From positions 1-64,000 of the IMG/VR virus record IMGVR_UViG_2926471356_000005: a stretch of 64,000 bases of DNA; one strand, given 5' to 3'. The translations under genes and the position numbers were made by a program. Of this stretch, positions 1-9,530 are shown piece after piece. Under the pieces are notes generated by a model. It worked only from the letters and a program-made list of their open reading frames with translations. It was not told where the DNA came from and ran no database searches. The DNA comes from a virus (taxonomy: Duplodnaviria; Caudoviricetes). Each line of letters starts with the position of its first letter. Position 1 is the stretch's first letter.

Positions 1-186
1 AGACCGCCCCGAAATGATACCGAAACCCTACAAAAATACAGGTATGATATGAACCCTTACCGCAATACTCCCCGACTTCCAAACGGGGCTTACAGGGCAG
101 AAAAAGCCCGAAAATGATACCGAGAACATACAGAAAATGCCCCCTATCCCGCTACACCGATAGGAACGGCAGAAAGGAGCTTACCA

Positions 187-378
187 TTGCCGAGAATGAG
201 CAAGAAGCGGCGGCTGGAATGGTCTTTCTTCCTCAACCACCGCAACCGTATCACTTACAACGACCTATGCCGGGGCTGCACCCGTGACTGCAAACAGAGC
301 TTCCGGGCGGTTATCATACTATGCCCTCGCTATTATTCCAAACGCTGGAAAAAGGAGGACGCAGCCTATGGCAGATAA
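187..378 (+). CDS. small hypothetical protein (CxxCxxxC) of the integrative element
   Basis: 63-aa ORF with AAGGAG RBS, overlapping the rep start. Confidence 0.5.
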   Translation: MPRMSKKRRLEWSFFLNHRNRITYNDLCRGCTRDCKQSFRAVIILCPRYYSKRWKKEDAAYGR

Positions 379-1126
379 CCGCAAATATTACTACCTCAAG
401 CTGAAAGAGAGCTATTTTGACGATGATGCAATCGTTCTGCTGGAAAGTATGCAGGACGGCGTTATCTATTCCAACATTCTCTTGAAGCTGTACTTGAAAT
501 CGCTGAAAAACGGCGGGAAATTGCAGCTTGACGAGAATATCCCCTACACCGCCCAGATGATTGCGACCATTACCCGCCAGCAGGTAGGTACCGTAGAGAG
601 AGCTTTGAAAATCTTTATGAAGCTGGGGCTTGTGGAGCCTTTGCCAAGCGGCGCACTCTACATGAGCAACATTGAGCTTTTAATCGGCCAGTCCTCTACC
701 GAGGGGGAGCGCAAGCGCAGGGCGCGGCTGGCTTTGCAGGAACAAAAAGCCCTGCCGCAGACAGGGGCGGACAAATGTCCACCATATCGAGCGGACATTT
801 GTCCACCAGAGATAGAGATAGAGAAAGAGATAGATATAGAAATAGAAAAAGAGAGAGAGTTAGAAACGGGACACCCCGCCCCCGCCGCCTATGGCAGATA
901 CCACAATGTCATTCTTTCCGATACGGAGCTTGACGGGCTGAAAACAGAGCTTCCCGGCAAGTGGGAGTATTACATTGACCGCCTATCCTGCCATATCGCT
1001 TCCAGCGGGAGGAAATACAAGAGCCATGCAGCCACGATTTTCAAGTGGGCGCAGGAGGACGCAGCCAAGAAAGCCCCGAAAAAGGGCATACCCGATTATA
1101 CCTGTAAGGAGGGCGAGAGCTTATGA
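368..1126 (+). CDS. replication initiator, phage replisome-organiser N-terminal family
   Basis: MADNRKYYYLKLKESYFDD N-terminus; GGAGG RBS before ATG 368; followed by DnaC-like gene. Confidence 0.8.
   Translation: MADNRKYYYLKLKESYFDDDAIVLLESMQDGVIYSNILLKLYLKSLKNGGKLQLDENIPYTAQMIATITRQQVGTVERALKIFMKLGLVEPLPSGALYMSNIELLIGQSSTEGERKRRARLALQEQKALPQTGADKCPPYRADICPPEIEIEKEIDIEIEKERELETGHPAPAAYGRYHNVILSDTELDGLKTELPGKWEYYIDRLSCHIASSGRKYKSHAATIFKWAQEDAAKKAPKKGIPDYTCKEGESL
767..865 (+). repeat. probable iterons/origin inside the initiator gene
   Basis: GCGGACA(A/T)(A/T)TGTCCACCA at 767-784 and 791-808, then a purine-rich GAGATA-like run. Confidence 0.5.
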
Positions 1127-1640
1127 CGAATGGATTTGATGAAATGATTTTGAATATGACCGACACCACGCCGGAGCCGGAGGACTACACCGGCGAGGAC
1201 GGGCTTTTATACTGCGGGAAGTGCCACAAGCCCAAAGAGGGCTATTTCCCCAAAGAAACCGCCGCATGGCTGGGGCGTGACCGCCACCCGGCAGAATGTG
1301 ACTGCCAGCGGGCAGAGCGTGAGGAACGGGAAGCCGCAGAGAAACAGCGCAGTCACCTTGAAACTGTCGAGCGGTTGAAGCGGCGGGGCTTTACAGACCC
1401 GGCTATGCAGGGCTGGACGTTTGAGAACGACAACGGCAAGTGCCCGCAAATGGAACACGCCCATTTCTATGTGGAGAACTGGGAAACCATGAAAGAGCGC
1501 AACATTGGCTATCTGCTATGGGGCGGCGTTGGCACAGGCAAGAGCTATTTTGCGGGCTGTATCGCAAATGCCCTTATGGAGCGTGAAATCCCCGTGTGCA
1601 TGACAAACTTTGCATTGATATTGGGTGACCTTGCCGCCAG
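1123..1640 (+). pseudogene. 5' half of DnaC/IstB-like ATPase, interrupted by the prophage
   Basis: Zn motif CGKC...CDC and Walker A GGVGTGKS; joins in frame to 45027-45366 once the prophage is removed. Confidence 0.9.
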
Positions 1641-1661
1641 GTATGAGTGCAAATCCAATAA
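1625..1661. other. prophage att junction (left end, core CCAG)
   Basis: GCAAATCCAATAA forms an imperfect inverted repeat with TTGTCGGATTTCGC at the other end, as expected for serine-integrase attP arms. Confidence 0.8.
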
Positions 1662-1731
1662 TCACAGGAAAACTGTTAATTCACACGTTTCACTGTAGAT
1701 TGAAGTCCCATTCCTGGAAGCGATTCTGGGA

Positions 1732-3144
1732 TTATGATACCTTTGTGGTGTAGCCCAGGGAAATCCACCCTGCGCCAGATTTCAGCTTACCCCACTTTGT
1801 TGCGCCCTGTCCTGTGCTTTCCTGCACGATTGTGTAAACTCCACCGTCACGAATAGCACCCGCCAGTGCGTAGTTCGTACCTGCACCCTTACGGATATTC
1901 AGAACCGAAGCCGTAACCTTCACTCTATAAGAAGAGAATGCAGGCTTGCTCTCCGCAGGGTACACAGCATTACCCGAACCATCAAACACCTTGTAGTCGG
2001 GGTTCTTGTCTGCACAGGCTTTCGCATTCGCCAGAGAAGAGAATGCACCCATCTGGGAAGTACTATCAGCCCAGGTCTTGCGGACACGGTAAAGCGTGGT
2101 GGTACTTGCGGGCTTCTCTTCGGCAGTATTGCCGCCAAGACGGGTAGTAACCTTTGCTGCCAGATCACCCATACGGGAATAGAGCCAATCACCAGGGCAA
2201 GACTTGTTTGCAAACCATCTATGTACAGTCAGAACCATCTCATCAGACTTCGGACTGTACGCCAGAGTCTTGTTCTTGTCACCGAACCAGAGCAGCTTCT
2301 TCTTGCCATTACGCTTGCATATATCCACGCAGAGGTTAATGAGGGAAGCGTACACAGCGTCCGTCATAGCGTAAGGATGGGTCTTGTCAGACGCACATTC
2401 GATGGTCACAGCACGATGGTCATTCACAGAACTGGAAGAACACCAGGAACGGTCTTTCTCTTCTACACACAGAGAGATTCTGCCGTCATAACCAATACCA
2501 TAGTTGCAGCTTGCCTGCCAGGAAGGACTGGTGAAGCAACCGCAGATACTCTCAGCAGAAAGCTGACCGACTACACAGTGCGGGGTAATACGGTCAATCG
2601 CATGATTGCGGGGGCTGTTTTTGTTAGGTGAAATTTTGGTGTAGGACACCTGAGAACTATTACTCATTTTCATTTCCTCCTTGTCATATCGGGTAAGGTC
2701 ATACCTCTCAATGACAGTCATAAGGTTGTCTACATATTTCAGAGAAGTTGCATACCCGTCAGCTTTGATATTCTCAAGGTACTGTCTGGGGTCAGTCACA
2801 CCCTTCAAGTTAGAATAGGTAGAAATGTTGGTGAAATCGAAATACCCGATGACACCATCTTCCATGCTCTCAAACTTGCACCATTCCATAGCGGAACTGG
2901 TGTAACTTCCATCCGAGTTCTGCTCACTGCCTACTTTGTGATAAATGCCCACGCAGGTCTTGCAGCGTCCTTTACGATACTTCAAGCCAAAGTAGTTATG
3001 AGCATTGACTGCCAGTTCAGACGTACCTTTGTTACTTTCAAGAATTGCCTGGGCAATAATTGGGCTGAACACGCATACATTGTAAGCAGCAGCATATTTC
3101 TTAATGTACCCGGTAATACTGTCAATAAACTCCTGGGTAGCCAT
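1732..3144 (-). CDS. endolysin: GH73-like glucosaminidase + amidase_2 + SH3b-like binding domain
   Basis: AQAILES/NYFGLK/GYAT; HCVVG, IECAS, HRWFANKSCPG; C-terminal LNIRKGAG...WGKLKSGAGWISL. Confidence 0.9.
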   Translation of the reverse strand: MATQEFIDSITGYIKKYAAAYNVCVFSPIIAQAILESNKGTSELAVNAHNYFGLKYRKGRCKTCVGIYHKVGSEQNSDGSYTSSAMEWCKFESMEDGVIGYFDFTNISTYSNLKGVTDPRQYLENIKADGYATSLKYVDNLMTVIERYDLTRYDKEEMKMSNSSQVSYTKISPNKNSPRNHAIDRITPHCVVGQLSAESICGCFTSPSWQASCNYGIGYDGRISLCVEEKDRSWCSSSSVNDHRAVTIECASDKTHPYAMTDAVYASLINLCVDICKRNGKKKLLWFGDKNKTLAYSPKSDEMVLTVHRWFANKSCPGDWLYSRMGDLAAKVTTRLGGNTAEEKPASTTTLYRVRKTWADSTSQMGAFSSLANAKACADKNPDYKVFDGSGNAVYPAESKPAFSSYRVKVTASVLNIRKGAGTNYALAGAIRDGGVYTIVQESTGQGATKWGKLKSGAGWISLGYTTKVS

Positions 3145-3191
3145 AGGTCATCACTCCTTTATAGGAGAAAGGGCGAACCCTCTCTCCCGCC

Positions 3192-3620
3192 TTAGTTTGT
3201 GCCGTTGTAGGTATCGGACTTCTTCTTGAGTACTTCGATTGCGGCGGTAATAGCCGGGGGAATGTTGATACCCATAAGTCCTGCGTTCTCCACGATAGAG
3301 ATAGTTTCGTTTGCCACGACTGCAATAACCACAGCGTCACGAATAAAATTAGTTCCAGTAATCAAATCCAGGCGGCAGGCAACCAGAACCACCAGAAGAG
3401 AAACACCCTTACGGCACAGCCCCTTCCAACCTGCACGGCTTTCAAGCGCACCATTCTCAGTCTTACCACTGTTATGAAACACACCTGCGACAATCAGACC
3501 TGTAACATAGTCAATCGCCATGAAGATAACCAGGGTTGCCAGAGCAGCGTCCCAACCGCCAAACAAGGAAGCCATGAAGCTACCCGCAACTCCGATTGCT
3601 GTACAAATCCATTCTTTCAT
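3192..3620 (-). CDS. holin (phage_holin_4_1-like)
   Basis: Hydrophobic; GGWD..DYVTG..NETISIVENAG; next to endolysin. Confidence 0.85.
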   Translation of the reverse strand: MKEWICTAIGVAGSFMASLFGGWDAALATLVIFMAIDYVTGLIVAGVFHNSGKTENGALESRAGWKGLCRKGVSLLVVLVACRLDLITGTNFIRDAVVIAVVANETISIVENAGLMGINIPPAITAAIEVLKKKSDTYNGTN

Positions 3621-3624
3621 AATC

Positions 3625-3774
3625 TTAGCCCTCCTTGCTGTAATCCTCCCTAGTAATTTCCTTGTACTCTTCTGGGGTAATCCACTTGCCTACTGCGTTC
3701 CACACCATCTTTTCAGACCAAATGCCCATCTTGTAGAACTTCTTTACCTTCTCATAATTCTTGCTATGTGCCAT
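3625..3774 (-). CDS. XkdX-family small protein (49 aa, not in ORF track)
   Basis: Hand translation MAHSKNYEKVKKFYKMGIWSEKMVWNAVGKWITPEEYKEITREDYSKEG; GGAGG RBS. Confidence 0.75.
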   Translation of the reverse strand: MAHSKNYEKVKKFYKMGIWSEKMVWNAVGKWITPEEYKEITREDYSKEG

Positions 3775-3777
3775 GAT

Positions 3778-4080
3778 TTACACCTCCATATCCACGCCAG
3801 TCATCATTGCCATGTACTCAAGTTTGCCCGTGAGTTCTGCATAGCGCATTTCCTGCTCAGTCTTTTCACGGAAGCAGAGATACCAACCGTCAGCATACTG
3901 AACCTGCTGAATCAGTTCAGCGTTGTGCATGATCATCTGAGTGTCACCATCCACAATCGTAAGAGTGGGCAGATTGTCCTCAAATACGGACACATCAACC
4001 TCAGTCTTGCTGACATAGTTGTTACCATTCTGCTTGAAGCCCTTGAGTTCCGTGCCGTCAGCTAAAATCAGTTTTACCAT
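3778..4080 (-). CDS. hypothetical phage protein
   Basis: 100-aa ORF with AAGGAGG RBS. Confidence 0.6.
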   Translation of the reverse strand: MVKLILADGTELKGFKQNGNNYVSKTEVDVSVFEDNLPTLTIVDGDTQMIMHNAELIQQVQYADGWYLCFREKTEQEMRYAELTGKLEYMAMMTGVDMEV

Positions 4081-4429
4081 AGTAGTGTTCCTCCTTTAAT
4101 TTCTTGCAAAGGTCTAACATATTTGACCTCTGTATCTTGCTCATGTAGTGGCAATGACCATTGAACCATGACCTAAACCAGTCATCGAAATCCTTCTCTG
4201 AGAGAATGAGTACCAGTTTCTTAGCCTTTCTTCTCATACCTGTAAGCCGCTTCGGATGAATCTTGTGAATCACCCGCCCGGTATCAGTAAGCGAATACTG
4301 AATCTGTAGAAACCTCCACATTTCAGACAGTTTGCATATTCTGGTTTTCCGAAGGTTCACGGTAATACCCAGGTCATGTGCGATTTCCACAATCTCTGTA
4401 AGCAGCTCTTTCAGAAACTCCTTATCTTT
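4058..4429 (-). pseudogene. C-terminal remnant of DGR reverse transcriptase
   Basis: KDKEFLKELLTEIVEIAHDLGITVNLRKTRICKLSEMWRFLQ resembles RT domains 6/7 and thumb; no YxDD or N-terminus; abuts avd. Confidence 0.75.
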
Positions 4430-4959
4430 GCAGAGATTGCCCCTTTGAACTTGTTATCAGATTTACGCCAACCTTTGATAAGGTCTATCTCTCTTTGAAT
4501 ATCCTCACCGAACCTCAAGAAAGAATTGACATCCACTGGGAGAGTTTCTATTGCATACTGTAGTTCCTGTACCAGTCGGTAGCACTGACCGATTGCCAGG
4601 TCTTGATGAACACGCCGCTCTACCAACTCTTCATAGTAGGTGGGGTAAATGCTGTTCGCAGTGTAGACGTGTTCACCGATAGACCTCAGACAATCAACTA
4701 CAGCTTTCCGCTCATCCTCAATGAACCAGGTATCAAAGGCTTCCTGCTGCTTGCGGAAATGGTCATAAATCTTTTTCTCAACGTCAGTAAGTTCTTCGTA
4801 GCTTCGCCCGCTGAATTTCTTTTCAAGGCGTTGTGCTGCCTTTCGTTTGCTGTAGCCGACGTCACGGAGCAGCAAATCAGTAACCTCTTTCCTAACTTTG
4901 TTGAGATGATGGAACACCTCAAACTGAGAGGGTTTCCGTTTGCTTTTCAATACTGACAT
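4411..4959 (-). CDS. avd: DGR accessory protein (Avd-like four-helix bundle)
   Basis: MSVLKSKRK...EIDLIKGWRKSD pattern; lies between target gene and RT remnant. Confidence 0.7.
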   Translation of the reverse strand: MSVLKSKRKPSQFEVFHHLNKVRKEVTDLLLRDVGYSKRKAAQRLEKKFSGRSYEELTDVEKKIYDHFRKQQEAFDTWFIEDERKAVVDCLRSIGEHVYTANSIYPTYYEELVERRVHQDLAIGQCYRLVQELQYAIETLPVDVNSFLRFGEDIQREIDLIKGWRKSDNKFKGAISAKIRSF

Positions 4960-4977
4960 TTCATTAGTTCCTTTCTA

Positions 4978-5000
4978 CTGCACCCCACAAGGGGGTGCAG
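4978..5000 (-). promoter_or_regulatory. GC-rich hairpin downstream of VR1 (DGR target-recognition hairpin)
   Basis: CTGCACCCC-acaag-GGGGTGCAG, 20 nt after VR1. Confidence 0.75.
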
Positions 5001-5008
5001 ATTTTAGA

Positions 5009-5872
5009 TTAACCGATACAGAAAGCGGGGCGAACGCCAAAAGAGGGAGAAGCGCCGTTGGCGTTCGCATTACCGTTGCCGCTGACAAAGGAGAAGGCAG
5101 TAGCGGAAGCTACATCTCTCAGCCAGTAGTCCTCTAGGTTATGCAGCTTAGTACGGTCAAACATGAAGAGCGGGAACTGACCGTCACCCGAAGCCACGTT
5201 GTAACCGTTACCATCATGTGCGCCCCACGCTACAGAACCATAAGCCTGCACTTCGTTCATCAACTCAACATCAGAGTCGAACCATGCCCAACCCGAAGGT
5301 GTGTTGCCGTTTACAGCATTGGTCAGAAGTTCTCTCTTTGTAAGAACATGAGCGGAACCAAACGCTGCCTTGATAGTAGTCTTAGCCTGCGCCAGATTCG
5401 ACTTATACATGGCAGAACCCGTGTAACCACCTGTAGTAACATTACTGGTATTCATCTGTGCTTTATAAAGAGAAGTATCGGGAACAACGACTACATGGTG
5501 CTTCTTAAAAGCAGTATCACCACAGTTATAGTAGTAATCAAATGCTGCAATACGATAAATCACGCCCCCGATAACCCAGTAGTCACCAATATACAGGTCT
5601 GTGAACTTACCACTTGAAATAGCGGCATACTGCTCTGCTGTAACAGAAGTACCCAGGTACTTACCACGATAAATACAGTTATGTGCCGCTGCACCATCAG
5701 CCAGTACATTTCTGACTGAATCAATGTCAGTCTGCAAACCCTTATGAAGATTCTCCACGGTAATGACCTTCACGCCGTTACCATCGTGAATCAACATCTG
5801 CTCAGTACCCGTAGCGGACAGAATCGCTTCCAGATCTGCAAACTTTTTTGTCTGAACACTAATAGTTGCCAT
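5009..5872 (-). CDS. DGR target 1: tail-module protein with C-terminal CLec/DUF6273-like domain
   Basis: Ends YWLRD...SATAFSFVSGNGNANANGASPSFGVRPAFCIG; last gene of the tail module. Confidence 0.8.
   Translation of the reverse strand: MATISVQTKKFADLEAILSATGTEQMLIHDGNGVKVITVENLHKGLQTDIDSVRNVLADGAAAHNCIYRGKYLGTSVTAEQYAAISSGKFTDLYIGDYWVIGGVIYRIAAFDYYYNCGDTAFKKHHVVVVPDTSLYKAQMNTSNVTTGGYTGSAMYKSNLAQAKTTIKAAFGSAHVLTKRELLTNAVNGNTPSGWAWFDSDVELMNEVQAYGSVAWGAHDGNGYNVASGDGQFPLFMFDRTKLHNLEDYWLRDVASATAFSFVSGNGNANANGASPSFGVRPAFCIG
5021..5107 (-). repeat. DGR variable region VR1
   Basis: 75/87 identical to 41989-42075 by hand alignment. Confidence 0.85.
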
Positions 5873-5875
5873 CTT

Positions 5876-6469
5876 CTATTCCTCCTTGTATTTCCAATCT
5901 GCCAGAATCGCATAGTCCAGGTCATCCACAATCAAGGTGATTGCTTCATCATCTGTAGCAAGCGGAGCAGAGAAGTCATTCTGCATTGTCATCTGCTCAA
6001 GCAGAGTCAAACGCTCATCCAGTTCGGTACACTGATGTTGCAGGTTGCCCGCAGCGTCCTTACTCAGCTGGTCTCTCATAGCCTGGAACCAGGCATTATA
6101 AATTTGCTGCTGCTGACTCTCAAAAGCCGCCATGCTTGCCTTGTATTCCTGTTCCAAATTATCCGTGTAGTTGTCAAACTCCGTTGCTTTGGAATCAGCT
6201 TCCTTTTCAAACAAAGTTTTCTGCTCTGCGAAATAATTCTGGAAAGCGGTATACAAGTCTGTGCCATTTTCCACCATGCTCATAATGGTGTTGAGGGCTT
6301 CGTTCATACGGTTAGCGTTTTTCGCACCGAAGAAAGATTTCTCTTTCCCGGTATAAGCCGTAATGTCCTGGAAGGATACTGAACCATCTTCGTTGCTAAC
6401 CTGGTTATATCGCTTCAAACCCGCCCACACAGCGTCCGTATAATCAACAGGTAAAAGTTCCCATGCCAT
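5876..6469 (-). CDS. tail-associated protein
   Basis: 197-aa ORF in tail operon. Confidence 0.6.
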   Translation of the reverse strand: MAWELLPVDYTDAVWAGLKRYNQVSNEDGSVSFQDITAYTGKEKSFFGAKNANRMNEALNTIMSMVENGTDLYTAFQNYFAEQKTLFEKEADSKATEFDNYTDNLEQEYKASMAAFESQQQQIYNAWFQAMRDQLSKDAAGNLQHQCTELDERLTLLEQMTMQNDFSAPLATDDEAITLIVDDLDYAILADWKYKEE

Positions 6470-6901
6470 TTACAAGTCCCCTCCCCTCATTCCGAAATTC
6501 CATACAAACATCCTCCTTCCTTCACTCTCATTCGTGAGTCTGTCATACAGGTCTAAAGTTGCACCCTCCAAACGATTCAGTTCATTGAAATCCATCGTAG
6601 TACCGTTATCGTTATAAACGGGTGCAGACCCGTAGGACATTCTGAGAGTGTTGGTGTTGAGGGTTTCCAAATTTTCTTCAAGCTGATTGATTTCATCAGC
6701 GTAGAAGTAATCACCTGGTACTCTGTCATCACCCAGGCTTACAAGGGAGAACTCCTTGTACAGCTTGATTGCCATGTCCCGGAGGAACATCAGATTGTTC
6801 TTGATACGGTTGAAATCCAAAGCATTGAATCTGTCACCTGTATAAACACCCTCTGAATTTGTACTTCCGTGCCAATCTGTTTTAGGTGTTTGCCATTCCA
6901 T
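6470..6901 (-). CDS. tail-associated protein
   Basis: WQTPKTDW...DFNRIKNN pattern seen in Firmicute phage tail modules. Confidence 0.6.
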   Translation of the reverse strand: MEWQTPKTDWHGSTNSEGVYTGDRFNALDFNRIKNNLMFLRDMAIKLYKEFSLVSLGDDRVPGDYFYADEINQLEENLETLNTNTLRMSYGSAPVYNDNGTTMDFNELNRLEGATLDLYDRLTNESEGRRMFVWNFGMRGGDL

Positions 6902-6914
6902 CTTCCGTCACCTC

Positions 6915-9140
6915 CTAACGGGATACACGTCTTGCGGTCACCTTGCCGCTGAACGCCTGGTCAAAGTTAATTGTGTACCGATAGATATTTACCTTCATTC
7001 CGTCATGGAACTCATTCTCCTGGTACACAATATCGTTTGCGTCAATCTCTGGGTTACCTCTGGTATCGTACTCATACTCAATACCTGCGGTATAATAGTT
7101 ACCAATCCATTCAGCCAGTTCCGTAGCAATCGCCATATCACTGATAAGCGGGTTCGCCCATTTTACAGACTTACCTCTACTGTTCAGTGACTTCACGGCA
7201 TATCTCTCCACGATTTTGTACCGATAGCCCAGGATTTCCAGACGAAAGGTTCCTGTCTTAGAGAACTTGACCGTTACATAGTAGTTGCCCCATGCAGTGA
7301 TACTCACACCACTGGCACTTTCGTCCAGTGTTGCCCGGAAGTTGTAGGACGGTTCGCCCACATAGAAGGTTTCCACATCACCAGACTTCACGGTAATATC
7401 TTCACTGACAAGACTCTCTTCGGCATTACCCGGCTGATAACTGTAGCAAGGTACGATGACCTCTTTGACCAACTCCTGCTTAATAGCTTTCGGAGAAGAA
7501 GAAGTCATGTCCTGCCGCTCCATGGTGAAGTCAGTCACATCACCGAAAGCGAAGTTGTTAAGCACAATACGGTTGTACGGCTCTGCCGTTCCCGTGAACT
7601 CAATCTTCATGGTGTCGAAATCGTCAAAGTCCCGAAGGATAACCAGGGTCTTTGTAATTTCTTCCTCCACTTCATACTCCGTAACCAGTTCGTTATTGTT
7701 GTAGGTACGAATGACCATTCCCGAAGGAAGGGCATTACCGAACACGAACTTCACACCGTAGTACATACAGGCGGCTTCCTGCACGATGGTCACCACAGGG
7801 TTTGTGGTGAACTTACCGTCAGCGTCAGACTGCTGTTCTGAAATAAAGCCTGTGTTCAGCGTCCTCTTACTTGCCGCCCGTGGCAGGAAGAACATTGTCC
7901 CATCTGCCGTGGTGTAGTTACTTGCCAGTGTTGCGTACTCATCTTTGGTGTCATCCGTCAAAATCTTCGCAACGTGGGAGTAATCGGTTTCACCATTGCT
8001 GCTTGCCACAGCTTCCGGGACGAAAGAGGATTTAATCTGAATCGTACCGACTCTGGACTGTGACAGAACACAGCGGCAGGCATTGGCTATAATCTGTAAT
8101 GCTTCCTTGCAGGAAACACGGGGGATAGGATTCTTCGTGTACAGCTTTTTGAGCCGTGGGTCAACATAGTAGTCTTTCTCCCCGGCAGCTTTCAGAACCT
8201 CAATCGCCAGGTCATAGTAGCTTTTGCCGTTCGGGGCATACAGTCCTTTGTAATACTCCGTGTCCATGTTGCGGAACACGTCCTGGCAACGGATTGTTGC
8301 CGTATAGTCATCAGACTCCCACTCTGAACAGAGCAGGTGATTTCCTCTGACCCATTCGATTTCATCAGAGTTCGGAAGCTGATACCCATAGTAAATGTCC
8401 ATCTCCTGTCCCGTTTCCAGGAAGTTGATAGCCGACTTCGGGTTGTCCACGTTGAAATACTTGTCATAGTTTTTCAGCGTTACTGAGAAATCAATCTGAG
8501 GAATGTCAGCACCAATCGGACTGACATAACTCTCAAGCGAAGAACTCATAACAGAATCGTTGTAGTACACCAGTCCGTAACCGAAACGGAAGGAGTAAAT
8601 ACGCAGCCTGCTTCGGAGGTTCTTCATTTTATGAATTACCAGAGTCAGTGTGGTTACATTCTCAAGCACTTCCTCCGTAGTAAAAACAGCTTTGTCATTA
8701 TCCCGGAACTCAACCTTTTGCCCGGTATTCGTGACAAAATCGAAATCAGTAGGATAGTTCTCACCGAAGTTAATCGTGATACCTCTGAAATCAGTCGGAG
8801 CCGCATGAAGGTTTATGGTCACTTCATACAGTCCGTCTGATACTAGGTTCTTTCCTACCAACCCTGTGTTGTAGAACATTGCCCCCGGCTTGTTCCGCGG
8901 GAGAAAATACATGGAACCGTCAACCCTGGTAAAGTTCTCTTCCAGAGTGGCGTACACCACATCGTCAGTTCCCTCATTGAACAGGTTGCCCGAGTTGGAG
9001 AAGTAGGCAAACTCTCCGTTGTCTACTCTGGCTTTCACCTGCGCTTCCTGGTTGACAACTCCGAAAGAAATCATTATGTATGCTCTCTTACGGAGGGAGT
9101 CTTTCATGCTTGCCTTATACTCTTTGGATACCTTTTGCAT
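6915..9140 (-). CDS. tail/baseplate protein with internal duplication
   Basis: Follows Dit-like gene; YATLEENFTRVDGSMYFLPR vs YATLASNYTTADGTMFFLPR. Confidence 0.65.
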   Translation of the reverse strand: MQKVSKEYKASMKDSLRKRAYIMISFGVVNQEAQVKARVDNGEFAYFSNSGNLFNEGTDDVVYATLEENFTRVDGSMYFLPRNKPGAMFYNTGLVGKNLVSDGLYEVTINLHAAPTDFRGITINFGENYPTDFDFVTNTGQKVEFRDNDKAVFTTEEVLENVTTLTLVIHKMKNLRSRLRIYSFRFGYGLVYYNDSVMSSSLESYVSPIGADIPQIDFSVTLKNYDKYFNVDNPKSAINFLETGQEMDIYYGYQLPNSDEIEWVRGNHLLCSEWESDDYTATIRCQDVFRNMDTEYYKGLYAPNGKSYYDLAIEVLKAAGEKDYYVDPRLKKLYTKNPIPRVSCKEALQIIANACRCVLSQSRVGTIQIKSSFVPEAVASSNGETDYSHVAKILTDDTKDEYATLASNYTTADGTMFFLPRAASKRTLNTGFISEQQSDADGKFTTNPVVTIVQEAACMYYGVKFVFGNALPSGMVIRTYNNNELVTEYEVEEEITKTLVILRDFDDFDTMKIEFTGTAEPYNRIVLNNFAFGDVTDFTMERQDMTSSSPKAIKQELVKEVIVPCYSYQPGNAEESLVSEDITVKSGDVETFYVGEPSYNFRATLDESASGVSITAWGNYYVTVKFSKTGTFRLEILGYRYKIVERYAVKSLNSRGKSVKWANPLISDMAIATELAEWIGNYYTAGIEYEYDTRGNPEIDANDIVYQENEFHDGMKVNIYRYTINFDQAFSGKVTARRVSR

Positions 9141-9144
9141 AAAA

Positions 9145-9516
9145 TCACTCTCCTACGTCAATCAGATTCACCTTGCAATTCCTGTAGTGTGTCGGGTGAC
9201 CGTCCTCATCTACCCAGTAGGGTTCAGCCGTTCGGTTACCGCAGTACATTTTGATGGTCTTAGGTGCATTACTTACAGGGTCGATAAAAGTTACATTTAC
9301 AAAGAAGTTATTAAGGATACTCAATATCTTTGACCACTGTTGGGCAGTGAGCCATGACCATTCCAGATTGTCAATCTTATACTGATCACGTCCGATACGC
9401 TGACCCACCACCGTACCGTTTGCGTTACGCCCGGAGTCTACAAGAGTGGTCACCGTAGGGGTGACACCTCTCTTGCAGGGAGGTAACGCATAACCGTTGA
9501 TTGCCAGATAAGCCAT
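9145..9516 (-). CDS. distal tail-like protein
   Basis: Directly after tape measure; DSGRNANG motif. Confidence 0.6.
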   Translation of the reverse strand: MAYLAINGYALPPCKRGVTPTVTTLVDSGRNANGTVVGQRIGRDQYKIDNLEWSWLTAQQWSKILSILNNFFVNVTFIDPVSNAPKTIKMYCGNRTAEPYWVDEDGHPTHYRNCKVNLIDVGE

Positions 9517-9530
9517 TACACATTACCTCC

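Noticed and set aside
1-140. Imperfect direct repeat CCCGAAA(A)TGATACCGA
   Set aside because: Two copies at the window edge with no upstream context; function cannot be supported.
4058-4429. Group II intron or retron RT
   Set aside because: No intron domain V or msr/msd seen; avd and VR context point to a DGR.
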